DNA of 43,312 bases from positions 84,313,796 to 84,357,107 of the forward strand of contig NC_068982.1 in assembly GCF_001194135.2 (NCBI RefSeq), given 5' to 3'. The notes beneath the pieces were generated by a model that was given only the letters and a program-made list of their open reading frames with translations, was not told the DNA's origin and did no database searches. The position numbers and the translations under genes are program-made. Source of the DNA: Octopus bimaculoides (lineage: Eukaryota). Of this stretch, positions 11,269 through 23,955 are shown one piece after another (the first letter of the stretch is position 1; the number at the start of each line of letters is the position of its first letter).

Positions 11269-11623
11269 ACCTTTATCAACGCATACATAATATGAAAACA
11301 TCTGTGCTTGCATTCACATACAGAAGTAATGTAAGAACAATATTGTACTCCCTAACATCTCTCTTATTTTTAGTCTATCCAAATATTGCTAACCTTCTCT
11401 CTTTTATTATGTGTATCTCTTACGTTCATCATGTTCATGTTCTTTCTTGATGTGTGTATGCATGTGTGAGTGTATTTAAGAAAATAATTGAACTGATTGT
11501 TATCTGAATGGTATAACACTTTCACTAAATTTTTATTCACTTATATGCTTAAACATTTTTGTGTATATATGCCTATCTAATATGTGTCCATATATCTCCT
11601 TTTTTCATTTTTCTATTTCACAG

Positions 11624-11681
11624 AAGTAAATTCACTGGAGCTAAAATAATGTGGTTGTGTAGCACTATGAATAGAAAACAG
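11624..11681 (+). CDS. Internal coding exon of an unidentified gene (58 nt)
   Basis: Polypyrimidine tract plus TTTCACAG acceptor and a consensus CAG|GTAAGT donor. Only one frame is open: SKFTGAKIMWLCSTMNRKQ (phase 2 in, phase 0 out). Confidence 0.75.
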
Positions 11682-11829
11682 GTAAGTCAAGTCATTGAAA
11701 TCCATCAATTTCAAAGGATTTCTTTAAATTCATTAAGCTGTAAATGCATGTGATCCAACTCACTTTAAAATATTTCATTTTGAATATTATATCTATCACT
11801 AACACTACAAAAAGGCATGACCATTGTGG

Positions 11830-13280
11830 GATTGTGTTAAATCACTTTTGGTTATATAAAAATACATACTTAATGCCAAGAACTGAAGCAAAAAAGGTAG
11901 TTATCTCCTAAGAAGGGCCTCATTGTAGAACAGGGATGCAACATTGAAAATCTCTTTATTTGAAGACAGGTTACAGATTATTCTGCTGACCCCTTTAACC
12001 AAGTTCCTGAAAACTAGGCTGGATAACAGGAAGCTGCATTAATATATGTCAGCCTCTCCTTCAGTTTTCTGAAGAACTTATGAGCACCAGCTCCTAAGTT
12101 TAACCCATTAGCATTTAAACAGGCCATATCCGGCCAAAATATGCCTCCAGTTTTATGTTCAAACTGGCCTGATCTAACCTCTCACACCTACAATGCCATT
12201 CTAAAAATAGACAATAATGTCAAAATCTCACAGCAATGAGACAATGCATAATAAATTCAAAGCAATATGAATAAATAAGCTTTACATTTGGCAGAGTAAT
12301 TTAGATGCTAAATGGTTAAGGTCATGTCAAAGAAATCATCCTCCTTCAGGGTGGTTTCTTTAGTGACCTTGAGCCCAAGAGAATTCAGGTTATGGGTTAG
12401 GTCTTTCCTAAGCCAATCAAGTGTGTGGCAGTTCACTCCTCTTGATATTGCCAAAGTATTATCTCTGTAGAGGCCAAAGGTAGCTGAGGGGAATTTTCTA
12501 AGTAAATCCATGATAAAAATGGCAATGAGGACACACACATCAGTACTGTTGAAAACATTCATCAGTACATCAATGGAGCCCTCTAGGTTAGTTTGCTTGA
12601 CCTAAACCAATCCCTTATTGAAGAATAGGGTTTTTTCTGGCATGCATGATGATGCTTCTGTTCTCATTGCTGATCACAGTGTAGTCCCTAGTGAAATTCA
12701 CTGCCCTAAATAAATTCATTATATCAAACTGGGTAAACCTTACACTACTTCTGCCACTATATTTTTTTATACCACATGATCTCACTGACATGGCAACAAA
12801 GGGTGAGATTCTTCTAATGTCATTATTGATTCTCCTTAGCGGCTGTTTACTCACCAAACTGATCTCAGACATTGTAGGGTTGTTCAACTGACACTTGAAA
12901 TTGGAGGTAAAGTCTGGTTTGTGATCTTTAATCATTATAAAGGCTTCTTTTTCCCCAAGACTTATACCCTATCCTTGATGTCTAGTCTAAAAGCTATCTC
13001 TTTGTCCTCATTGTTAATGTTATCCAAAGATTGAAGGAGACCGTCTTCCTGTGTTTGTGTGATGCAGTGGCTGTGCATAAGTATTACTTTTCTACAATAC
13101 ATAAATTCTAAGTCTTCTCTAAAAAAGTAAGGCCTTATCTGAAGTTTAGGAATGTCTGTCCTAAGTTCACTATGTAAAAGATTAGAGGACTTGTGGAATT
13201 TTAGCCAATGTGTGACATCCACAATGTCATTTTCAAAGGTTTCCAGTTCCTTGAACTAAGTAGGAATTTCCTGGTTCTAA
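11830..13280 (-). pseudogene. Decayed Penelope-like element reverse transcriptase
   Basis: Fragments read INNEDKEIAFRLDIKDRV; IKDHKPDF...KCQLNNPTMSEISLVSK; FTQFDI...IIMHARK; GLYRDNTLAI...LGLKVT...FFDMTL; ICNLSSNKEIFN. These follow the order of PLE RT motifs (LKDHK.NF, CRLINP, QFDI, GLYRDD, FLDVTL). Confidence 0.85.
12104..12315. mobile_element. piggyBac-like MITE inserted in the PLE RT relic
   Basis: TTAA at 12100-12103 and 12316-12319. Imperfect TIRs CCCATTAGCATTTAAA / TTTAGATGCTAAATGG. Confidence 0.85.
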
Positions 13281-13591
13281 GACTTAACTGATGAAATTCT
13301 GCAGGTAGGTGTGTGTGTGTGTGTGTATATACATGCATATTTACATATATATATANNNNNNNNNNNNNNNNNNNNNNNNNNNNNNNNNNNNNNNNNNNNN
13401 NNNNNNNNNNNNNNNNNNNNNNNNNNNNNNNNNNNNNNNNNNNNNNNNNNNNNNNNNNNNNNNNNNNNNNNNNNNNNNNNNNNNNNNNNNNNNNNNNNNN
13501 NNNNNNNNNNNNNNNNNNNNNNNNNNNNNNNNNNNNNNNNNNNNNNNNNNNNNNNNNNNNNNNNNNNNNNNNNNNNNNNNNNNNNNNNNNN

Positions 13592-13945
13592 GCTATAAAA
13601 ACAGGACACTCCGAGAAAACTTCCTGTTTCTCTCTTTAGTCACCAGCGGTGACGCCTCGACAGCTTGGTCGCTGGTCGGCGGCGACTGGACATCTGAAGC
13701 CATGGACACAAGCAGGCATACGAGCTAGTAATTCCTTTTCTCTATAACACTACCATCTCTCTCTATACAATTACTGCTATAAAAGAAGGTACATACAGAT
13801 ACAGGCCTAAATCCTTAACCTTGCATGTTTTATATACTATTACACTGGCCTACCCGTCGTGGTATGGCAACATAGAATGTAACGGCAAAAATAAATATTT
13901 TCTTATAAAAAATGATCTTCATCGTTCAATCATATAACTGTTACA
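13592..13945 (+). mobile_element. Probable LTR 3' portion (5' part lost in the gap)
   Basis: TATA-like CTATAAAA at 13593, CpG-rich stretch, AATAAA near 13890 and a TGTTACA end at 13945, with TA-rich flanks. No TSD can be checked. Confidence 0.4.
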
Positions 13946-14999
13946 TATATGTATAACACTAATAACACAAATGTGTATGCAACCTACCCCACAAATGCTA
14001 TACATCTAATATAATAAATGCGAATGTCAGTGTGCCACACTTTTTCAACTTTAGTAGCCCAACATATTTGGGAATCAGGCCAGCTCCATGAGTAAATTAA
14101 AAACATTCTGGGCTGAATCTGGACCCACAATCCTGAAATTTGGGATTCCCATATTTTTATTACTGAAATTGTTTCCAGTGATTTTTTGACATGATTTTTT
14201 GCAATGAATATTTTTGTATGATAACAATTTTTACAACTTGGAAATAAATTTTGGGAACAATTGAAATTAATTTCAAAATCCAGTGATTATTTTCTGCAAT
14301 GTTTTTACTTGATTTTTTGTGATGAATATGATCATCATATTCTGACTCTGGAGGAAGCAATTTCAACAAATTCTCTAAAACAAGTCAGAGATCTGTTTTC
14401 AGATCTTCCCATTTAAGGTCAGTAGCTTAAAAGCCGCTTGATAAGGCAGCCCTTAAGCTAGTATAGTATATATGTAGGTTTCAGGAATCATCAAGAAGGA
14501 ATAAGCATCACTTCAAGGCCTCCCTCTCAATAACTCCATAGCACACTGGACCCTGATTACTGATGTGAGGCCACACCCACTGGATCAACTGACAAGTATT
14601 TAACCACCAACATTCAATCCTATGTCCTTCATCTCAGAATTATCAGCATCGTTCAGGAATAAAATCTGAGTTCAGCAATTTCCTTCAGTAAGTTGATGCC
14701 TGCACTCTTTCAAGGTCCACTACTGAATTGACTTTAATTTTATCAATTGCAGCAACGTCTACAGGACTGAAAGTTATGTCATGGAAAATGTCAAAATTTA
14801 CTTCATTAATACTGCCTAAGTCAACTATACCAGGTATAATCGAAGACAGAATAGCATTGCTTCTGTAAAATCTTCACCTTGTCTTAGGCATCATTATGAA
14901 GGATATTGTGTTCATCAGTCAAGGTGCCAATGGATGAAAAAGTAGTCCTGTGCATTTCTGAAAAGGAACAGAAGAGTCTGGGATTGTATCTAATTTTAC

Positions 15000-15560
15000 C
15001 AAAAGCCCAGTCTTCCTCAGTGGCTGTTTGATTATTAATGAGAGACTTCATGCCATTCTGACTGTGTTGTTTTTTTTTTCATTATAACACAGTTATTGCT
15101 CTTGAGAGAGTTTCTACTGCTGGCAATATTTTAAATAATTTATTGGATAATGTTAGGAAGGAATGAAGGGTTGTGTCATCTGTGTAAAAGCAGATCATTA
15201 GCGTACAGAAGGAAGAAAAAAGATAAATGCAAACCCTAAGGTACTTTGAAGTTGATAGAACACACATAGCAATAGTATAGTATGATAGGGAGCTTCCAAT
15301 CCAAGGGATGAGAAAAAGGGATAAAGCCTCTGGGAGGAAGTTTTGATATGGAATTAAAATGCCAGACATGATCAGAAGCTTTGCTGATGTTGATCACAAC
15401 ATTACTTTCATCAAATTGCTCCAAGGCAAAAGCCAAGTGGTGACTGTGAATCAAGTTTGTGGAAACCATATCATAGCCATTTAGAAGAGAGAAATTCAAG
15501 GTTTTGGTGAGATTTATCTAAATCTAGGAGAAATAATGCACTTTTTCTTATCCAGAATGT
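15000..15560 (-). pseudogene. Decayed CR1/Jockey-like RT fragment
   Basis: Reads ...NVVINISKASDHVWH... (LDISKAFD.VWH) followed by ...LLYANDL...FYTDDTTLH. Similar in type to 4660-5720. Confidence 0.7.
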
Positions 15561-16194
15561 CAGGCTTCATAAGACAGTGTATAAATTCAATTCCACTTTA
15601 CTGCTGTATGTAATGATTTTATCACTCTCACAAAGACAAAAAGAAACGTCAGCTTAATTGAAATTTGAATACATTACATTGAAATACCAAAAGAATATTT
15701 ACTATTTCCAAAAGCACATGACATTCCTGATATCTGAGAGAGATAATGTGAATTTTTATTTATAAATGTTTCTATACCAATGAGGCCTAGGACTCTGACA
15801 TTTGTTACTCTACTATATTACAATAATTAAGAGTAATTATAGTTTCCTATCTGTAAAGAGTTACCATTCCCAAATTTATAGAATAAATTTCTCAACAGTG
15901 TCTGCACCTTTTCTATGTGTATTCATATAGACCTTTCTATCCTACTAAGATAATTAGAGCTCTCCTATGAATTGCTCTCTTATTTGCTCTCTTATGAATT
16001 GACATCTGTCTATACTATAATGAAGAAAGCTGCTGATAAATTAGTTGGAATTATGAAACTTTTACTGAAAGTAAGCAATCATGAAAGTCTCCATTGTCTA
16101 GAAAATTCTTTAAAATTCCAGTTTTGATACATTTAAAAAAAAGTCCAAATGTGTTTTTCAAGTTTCTTTAAGTTAAATGATTAATTTAGAGATC

Positions 16195-19095
16195 ACATCA
16201 TCACCGTTGTTTAATGTCCACTTTCCATGCTAGCATGGGTTGGATGATTTGACTGAGGACTGGTGGACCAAGAGGCGACACCAGGCTCCAATCTGATTTG
16301 GCAGAGTTTCTACAGCTGGATGCCCTTCCTAACACCAACTACTCCGAGAGTGTAGTGGGTGCTTTTACGTGCCACCGGCATGAGGGCCAGTCAGGCAGCA
16401 CTGATGACGGCCACGCTCGAAATGGTGTATTTTACGTGCCACCTGCACAGGAGCCAGTCCATCGGCACTGGCAACGATCTCGCTCAAATGTCTTTTCACA
16501 TGCCACTAGCACAAGTGCCAGGGAGGCGACGTTGGTAACTATAAACGGTCACGCTCGAAATGGTGTATTTTACATGTCACCTGCACAGGGGCCAGTCCAT
16601 CGGCACTGGCAACGATCTTGCTCGAATGTCTTTTCATGTGTCACTGGCACAAGTGTCTGGAAAGGCGACGTTGGTAACGATCATGCTGCTCTGGCAACGA
16701 TTGCGCTCAGACGGTGCTCTTAGTGCTCCACTGGTACAGGTGTCATCATGATTTCGCTTTCACTTGCCCCAATAGGTCTTCGCAAGCCGAGTTTAATTTT
16801 CCTACAAATTTTGTTCAATTTCGATTTCACTTGCCTCACCATGTCTTCGCAAGCAGAGTTTAGTGTCCAATGAAGGAATGTTATGCGTAAGTGGGCTGGC
16901 TACATCCCTGGCAGAGGCCTTGGATTTTGGTCTCACTTGGCTTGCAGGGTCTTCTCACCCACAGCCTATTTCCAAAGGTCTTGGTCACAAGTCATTGCCT
17001 CGGTTAGGCCTAAAGTCCGGAGGTCGTGCTTCACCACCTCATCCCAGGTCTTCCTGGGCCTGCCTCTTCCATGGGTTCCGTCAACCGCTAGGGTGTGGCA
17101 CTTTTTCACACAGCTATCCTCATCCATTCTCACCACATGTCCATACCAGCGCAATCGTCTCTCTTGCACACCACAACTGATGCTTCTTATGTTCAACTTT
17201 TCTCTCAAGATACTTACACTCTGTCGGGTATGCACACTGACATTACTCATCCATCGGAGCATACTGGCTTCATTCCTTGCGAGCTTACACATGTCCTCAG
17301 CAGTCACGGCCCATGTTTCACTGCCATGTAGCATGGCTGTTTGAACACTTGCGTCATACAGTCTGCCTTTTACTCTGAGTGAGAGGCCTTTTGGCGCCAG
17401 CAGAGGTAAGAGCTCTCTGAACTTTGCCCAGACTATTCTTATTCTAGCAGCTACACTTTCAGCGCACCCACCTCCACTACTAACTTGGTCACCCAGATAG
17501 CGGAAGCTATCAACTACGTCTATTTTTTCTCCCTAGAATGAGACAGAAGTTGTTTTCTGCGTATTTACAGTGTTTATTGCACCTGAACATCTGCCACATG
17601 CAAAAACTAACTTCTTTTGATATTGCTGCACTTCTTATGTGTCCATAGCTTGCACTGGGTACATCTTATAGAGTTTCTACCTACACCTTTTCTACAGATC
17701 GAGCAGGGCCATCTACTTGAAAGGGTTTGTGTTTTATCTACCTTCCTACTTATTAGGACTTTGGTTTTAGCTAGGTTGACTCTAAGGTCCTTCAATTCTA
17801 GTCCCTGCTTCCACAGCTGAAACTTCTCCTCTAGTTCTGATAGTGACTCAGCAATTAGTGCAAGGTCATCAGCATAGAGGAGCTCCCAGGGGCATCCTAT
17901 CTTGAATTCTTCTGTTTTCGCCTGGAGGACTATGATAAAAAAAGGAGGGGGCTGAAGACAGAACCTTGGTGGACCCCTACCTCTACCTGGAATTCATCAC
18001 TGTACTCATTGCCAACCCCCACCTTACTGACAGCATCTCTGTACATAGCTCACACAGCTCTCACTAACCATTCTTCTATCCCAAGTTTCCTCATTGACCA
18101 CCAGATAAGGGATCTGGGGACTCTGTCAAAGGCTTTCTCTATGTCAACAAAAGCCAGGTACAGAGGTTTATCCTTGGCTAGGTATTTCTCCTGCAGCTGT
18201 CTTGCCAGAAATATAGCATCAGTGGTGCATTTCCATGGAATGAACCCAAACTGCATCTCATCTAAACTGACTCGCTCCCTAATTAGTTGGGTTATGTCCC
18301 TCTCCGTGACTTTCATTACTTGATCTAACAGCTTGATACCTCTGTACTTATTTGTATCTAAAGCGTCACCTTTACCTTTGTAGCAGTTGACTATGGTGCT
18401 GCTACACCAGTCATTGGGTATGACTCCTTCGTGTATCACTTGGTTAGCAATACAGGTGACTAGACTATAGCCGACACTGCCAGATATTTTGAGCATCTCT
18501 GCAGTGATTCCTGATGGGCCGGGGGCTTTCCCTGTCTTCATACTCTTAATTGCTTTATCTACCAAGGTACTGTCAACTCGGATAGCTGGACCCTCTGTTG
18601 GGTCAATATTTGGCAGACTCTCTTTCTCCCAGTCATTCTCTTTATTGAGCAATCTTTTGTAGTGGCATCTCCAAACCTCTTTCTTTGCAGCCTCGTTTAG
18701 TGCAAGCATAGCATCATCAATGCGAACGCATTTCTCTCCCACGACATGACGATTATCTCTCACACACTGTCTTGCAACACGAAATACTTCAAGTCTTTGG
18801 ACCTCACGGCGCAGAACATTGGCAAATTTCTTCTTATCTGCTTCCCCTCTGGCTAAATAAACCTGTCGCCTAGCTTCCCTTCTGGCAGTCTGATACAATT
18901 CCCTGCTACCACCGTTCTTCCAGTCCTTCCAAGCCTGTTTCTTTTGTCTAATAGCCCTGTCTACCTCCTTGTTCCACCACCACCACCACCACCACGTTAC
19001 TTTGGGTCGAGAGGGGACTTTACACCAGCCACAGATCTGATCGGTGGCTCTCAGCAGGTTGTCCTGCAGAAACCTCCAATTGACTTCCATGTTGT
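16195..19095 (-). mobile_element. RTE-clade LINE, 5'-truncated, about 2.9 kb, frameshifted
   Basis: ORF 18050..19090 has KAPGPSGI, YKGKGDA...YRGIKLL, QFGF, DAIF, YLAFVDIEKAFDRVPR. GCPWELLYADDL lies near 17860-17895, the C-terminal LHGSETWAV...LRWYGHV at 16966-17334, then a 3'UTR with an internal duplication and a (CAT)n tail at 16195. Confidence 0.95.
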
Positions 19096-19298
19096 ATGAT
19101 GCTCACTGTGATAGCCTTTATGCCAGCTATCTCCATTTTTTCTTTGTTTATTAATATTTGATGGTTAGTTCCTTTGTTGAAACCTACAATTTTCATATTA
19201 CATATTATGAACAGAAAGAAAAATATATCATTTTTCAGCTCTGAACGTCTGTAGTTGTGTGTTTATATAGGTTATTAATACTAAAATATACAAATATA

Positions 19299-20471
19299 CA
19301 AGGTACATTCCAGAAATTTTTCATGGGAGACATTTAATAATTTCAAAGAAATACAAAACTCTAATCATCTTCAAAGTAGGATTCTCTGAGTTCAGTGCAT
19401 TGTAGCACTCCAGCTATTTCATGAAGGCTACAAAGAAGTCCTCTGAAGTGAAGGTGTACAGGACCCTTGTCACAGCCTCATTCATCTTTTCGATGTATTC
19501 AATTCGATTGTCCCTGAGTATGGGGAACAACCAAAAGTCACAGGCAGCAAGGCCTGAATTGTAGGGAGGTTGGTGCATTGTCTTGGTGCAGATACCACTG
19601 ACGCCAGTGGAAGAGCTCTGACGTTTGCAATGAAATCTCTTCCTGAACTCCCTCAAAACCTTCACAATGTGCTCTTTATTGACTGTCTGGCGAGAGGGAA
19701 CCCAGTGGATGCAGATGATACCTTTGCTACTGAAAAAGCTTCCTGATGGGCTTGCTTTACCTGGCTTTCTTGAATCTGGAGGAGCCAGGATGCTTCCATA
19801 AAGCACACTGTTTCTTGGTTTCTGGATCATAACAGTTGATACATCTTTTATCACAAGTCACCAGAGACTCAAATATTCCTGGATTGGAGGTAATGAGCTT
19901 AATCATCTCCCTGCTGCCACCAATGCATCATTTCTTCTATTTGTCACTGAGCACTCTGGGAACAAATTCAGTGCAAATTTTGCACATGTCCAAATTTGCA
20001 TGAAAAAGTGTGTGTATTGTTGCTACATCAACTCCAAACTGTACGTTTTAATCTTTATAGACACACAATGGTCTTCACTCAGAAAATTGTAAATTTTCTC
20101 AACCAGCTCTGATGCCCTTCTCCCTCCCATACCTTTCTACCATCTCTCACCTCTTATCTACTACCTCTGAACCTCTTGTGTCAGTGAAAATCAGATGCTT
20201 GGCCTATTCTGTAGCATTTTTGTCCAGTTTAACACAAAACTTTATTGCATGACAAGCTTCAAAATTGTTTCCTTGTCCCAACTATATTCTGCAAACTAGT
20301 CGTTTCTGACAAATAATGTTTAATAGAATGTGTTCAAAGTGCTGTTACTGCTGTCTCTTTCGATCTGGAATAGAGGAGTTGACAGGTCAGCTTATTAGAT
20401 GTATATTAAAGTTACAACAATTTAGGACTGCATCTCCTAAAAATGTCTCAAAGCTTCTGGAATACACCTGG
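19299..20471 (-). mobile_element. Mariner (Tc1/mariner) transposon with decayed transposase
   Basis: Imperfect TIRs CAAGGTACATTCCAGAA / TTCTGGAATACACCTGG with TA on both sides. Transposase remnants QTVNKEH, WYLHQDNA and PPYNSGLAACDFWLFP (YSPDLAP.D motif), with a deletion between the last two. Confidence 0.88.
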
Positions 20472-20624
20472 TATATGTCTATGGAAAAGAAATGTTAGAA
20501 TTGCATGTGTTACAACCAACAGGTTTTCCAATTTGATTTTTTTTCAGTACATCCTCTAATATCTTTTATCTTTTATTAGTTGGAGCTTGAGAGCTGTGGC
20601 CATGTTGGGACACTTCCATTAGCT

Positions 20625-21520
20625 TTGTTATATCCACCCCATGCTGGTTTCTCAGGCTTTTTGGGAGGATATTGAAGAGCTGTGAGCCCTTGAAACTTAA
20701 GCTATTACAGTGTCTAGTTCTGTATCCTGATGGCAGTGTTGGGATCTTTGGCACTATGCTGTCTGTGTAACTTTCAATGCTAAAGTTTGGTACAGGTACC
20801 TCCAGGAGTTTCCAGATGTATATCCCTATACATCTTTCCCACCTTTGTTCTATGGAGTAGAGTCTTAACTTTCTCAGCCTTTCCCAATAGCTGGCCTGTC
20901 ACACTGAGATGACCTTATTTGTGGAGATTCATTGGATTGCTTGAAGTTGTGTTGTCAATTTTACACATTGTGGTGATCATAGTCGGACGCTATAGTTTTA
21001 AGTGTCTGAGGATAAATGTTCTCCAGAGGGCTACCATGGTTTCCTGTTCTCTTGTTCTGAAAGTACTAAGGATCCATCCAGTCATCTGTATTTTATTGCC
21101 AAATTAGTAAAATGCTCCTGAAAAGATGCATCATTACTCATGTCACTGTCCAGGCTGTGCACAGATTTTAATTCAGGGATTGCAATCCCTCCTGGACCAA
21201 TGTATCCTGCCTTCATTCAGCTTTGTATATTGGTAGTGCAGAGCTTAGAACTTTCCAGCATTAAACTGCATGTTATTTTCTTCAGCCCACCTATATATTG
21301 TGTCCAACTCTTGTTGCAGGTGTGCTATGTCTCCAGGTTTCTGTATCCTCTGAGATACTTTAAAATCATCTGCATAGCTAGCAAGGCTATCTGAGCAGCT
21401 GATGGCATGTCTGAGAGGGACAATTTGGATAGAAGTGGCCCTAAGACTGTGTCTCATAGAACATCATTCACTGCATGTGTTTCTTTAGCGGTAGGTCCAT
21501 TGGCCACCTCTACTTGAATT
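20625..21520 (-). pseudogene. CR1/L2-like LINE RT C-terminal fragment
   Basis: SYADDFKV...LQQELDTIYRWAEENNMQFNAGKF, an upstream TVLGPLL-like segment, and downstream NSLSFKGSQLFNILPKSLR. Confidence 0.85.
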
Positions 21521-21767
21521 CTAGCTTTTTAAAAAATCACATACCTATTCTCCAAGTTTTCCAACTATACCTAGATCACTTAGCTTTTTATAATGCCTTT
21601 AAAAACACTTTAAACTTATGGAAGCATTAGTTTGTTTTACTTTCTGATGATTTAAACTGTTATTTCAGTTCAAATTTATTATGGACAAAATAATTACAAA
21701 ATCATTTATACATTTCAAATGCGATTGAAATATATATTATACAAAACAAAATATATTAGTACATATT

Positions 21768-22006
21768 GGTGCGGGTATGGCTGTATGGTAAGAAATTTGC
21801 TTCCCAAACACATGGTCCTGGGTTTAGTCCCACTGTGAGGCACCTTGGGCAAGAGTCATTTACTTTAACCTCAGGTGTGTATGTATGTGTGTGTACCAGG
21901 CTTAAAAAATAAGTATTAGGGATAATTCATTCAGCTAAAATTCTCTAAGTTGGTGCCCCAGCATGGCCACAGTCTAATGACTGAAACAAGTAAAAGGTAA
22001 AAGATA
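21768..22006 (+). mobile_element. SINE family A, internally deleted
   Basis: Head GGTGCGGGTATGGCTGTATGGTAAG...GGCACCTTGGGCAAG and tail CCCCAGCATGGCCACAGTCTAATGACTGAAACAAGTAAAAG. Confidence 0.85.
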
Positions 22007-22507
22007 TCTTAAAAGATATCTTTAAATGCAAACAAAATATATTTATAGGAAAAACAAAATATTTTCACAATTATTATACAAAAGAATATATTCATACACT
22101 TTAGATGAGACTTTTTCAATTTTAAACAACTAAGTGGATGCTCAAACTCTTTCTCTGTGATTTAGACACATGTACCTAATGCACGTGCGCGCACACACAC
22201 ACACACACNNNNNNNNNNNNNNNNNNNNNNNNNNNNNNNNNNNNNNNNNNNNNNNNNNNNNNNNNNNNNNNNNNNNNNNNNNNNNNNNNNNNNNNNNNNN
22301 NNNNNNNNNNNNNNNNNNNNNNNNNNNNNNNNNNNNNNNNNNNNCACGCACACTTTAGTTGCTACCAAGGCAATAAATATTTAATGATAGATTTGTTGGG
22401 GGTAATCTGAAATCCTAGCAGGTAGGATGAAATTGATTTCAAGTTACAACAAGAACTGAATAGTGGGTGATATGAAATTGCTACACCAGTATAATTTAAA
22501 AAAAAAC

Positions 22508-22706
22508 AAGGCGGTGAACTGGCAGAAATGTTAGCACATGGTATTTTGTCTGTCTGAGTTCTGAGTTCAAATTCTGCCAAGATCAACTTTGCCTTTCATC
22601 CTTTTGGGGTTGATAAATTAAGTATCAGTTGCATACTGGGGTTGATCTAATCGACTGGCCACCTCCCCAAAAATGTTGGGCCTTGTGCCTAGAATAGAAA
22701 AGAATA
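22508..22706 (+). mobile_element. SINE family B, near full length
   Basis: AAGGCGGTGAACTGGCAGAA...GAGTTCAAATTCTGCC...GCCTTTCATCCTTTTGGGGTTGATAAATTAAGTATCAG...GCCTTGTGCCTAGAATAGAAAAG. Confidence 0.88.
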
Positions 22707-23114
22707 TAAGATTTATAACTATTCATTAAACATTTTTATCCATTCCACTCTATCTTTCTTAGCACTCATCTTCTTCATTCCTCTCCTTCCACTTACCCTT
22801 TCATAATCTTCTCTTTTTCTACTTCCTCTTCACTTTCACCACTGGGTCGACTTTGCTTTTCATCCTTCTGGGGTCAATACAAAAATTACCGGATTTAGCA
22901 CTGGGATCAATGTAATTGCCATGGAGACACAAGAGCAATAAGAAGTAGAACTCCAGCAAGGATATTCAAAGACTCTCTGAAACCTGGATCACTGAACACT
23001 TGCCAGGAAATTTACATCCCCTGCATCCATTTCAAGCACTACCTGCTGCAAGCATGGATTCCTTGTTCTCTGATTAAATCCAGAAGGGTCCTTATGATCC
23101 AAAAGCAACCCAAT

Positions 23115-23350
23115 GGATAAATCCCTTGTTCCCCTTCTTTTGGCCCACAAAAAACTGGTCTAAGGAAGACAACCCATCTCCACTGACCCCAGACTATTCT
23201 TTGATGACCAAATGACCAAATGACTGTAACAGATTCCTGCCTCCCAGAGGTGAAGAGTTACATTTGTCTTTGACTTTAGAATCTGACAAGACATTTACGA
23301 GTCTAAAGTCTTTGTGAATGCGAAACCATTGGTAACTCTATGACTGGACA
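23115..23350 (-). repeat. Unclassified dispersed repeat, copy 1 (inverted relative to 28957-29187)
   Basis: Its reverse complement aligns by eye with 28957-29187 (AGTCATAGAGT.ACCAATGGTTTC...CCTCTGGGAGGCAG...CCTTAGACCAG...AACAAGGGATTTA). Confidence 0.75.
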
Positions 23351-23462
23351 TAAGACTCAATTACTTTTAATACATTACTGTTCTATGCTTTAGAGTGTGC
23401 TTCTTTTCAGATATGCGATACATTGACAACACACACACACACACACATACATATATATATAT

Positions 23463-23955
23463 ATGAAAGTAAACAAACAAAAGTTTGTTCTTCTTTTTAT
23501 ATATTTTTTTAGAAGCATGTAATCACAGAGATGTGAGTTCGAGTCTCATGGCTGGCCAGTAACGTATTTTTCTGCAATAAATGGATAATTTATCCTGATC
23601 ACACTATTTATAGCATTATCACGCATTTGAGAAATAAATTTATTTCTGTTCTTACAATACATCTCAACGCTTCTAAAAAAAAAAGAACAAACTTTGTTTA
23701 CTTTCATCGTAAAGTTGAATTTAATGTTAGCATCTTATGAAGCTAAATTTATAAGTATTAAAAATTGCAGAAGAATTTGTTGCTGGGCAGTTTAGTTTAA
23801 TGGTAAAACACTTGACGCGTAATCACAGAGATGTGAGTTCGAGTTTCATGGCTGGCCAGTAATGTATTTTTCTGCAATAAATGGATAATTTATCCTGATC
23901 ACGCTATTTACAGCATTATCACGCATTTGAGAAATAAATTTATTTCTGTTCTTAC
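23463..23955 (+). mobile_element. Composite element with tRNA-Thr(CGT)-like head, 137-bp direct repeats and short inverted repeats
   Basis: Direct repeats 23519-23655 and 23819-23955. Inverted repeats 23463-23516 and 23669-23707. tRNA-like 23785-23858 has D stem GTTT/AAAC, loop CGCGTAA and B-box GAGTTCGAGT. (TA)n on both sides. Confidence 0.75.

Noticed and set aside
16026-16070. Possible extra phase 0-0 exon (KAADKLVGIMKLLLK, donor GTAAGC)
   Set aside because: The acceptor (TAATGAAG) lacks an adjacent pyrimidine tract. It is plausible but not supportable without reads. The same applies to a 15-nt candidate at 14403-14417.
23785-23858. Possible functional tRNA-Thr(CGT) gene
   Set aside because: The anticodon stem has two mismatches, the acceptor stem has a G-G mismatch, and it is embedded in a duplicated repeat unit. 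Treated as a derived head.
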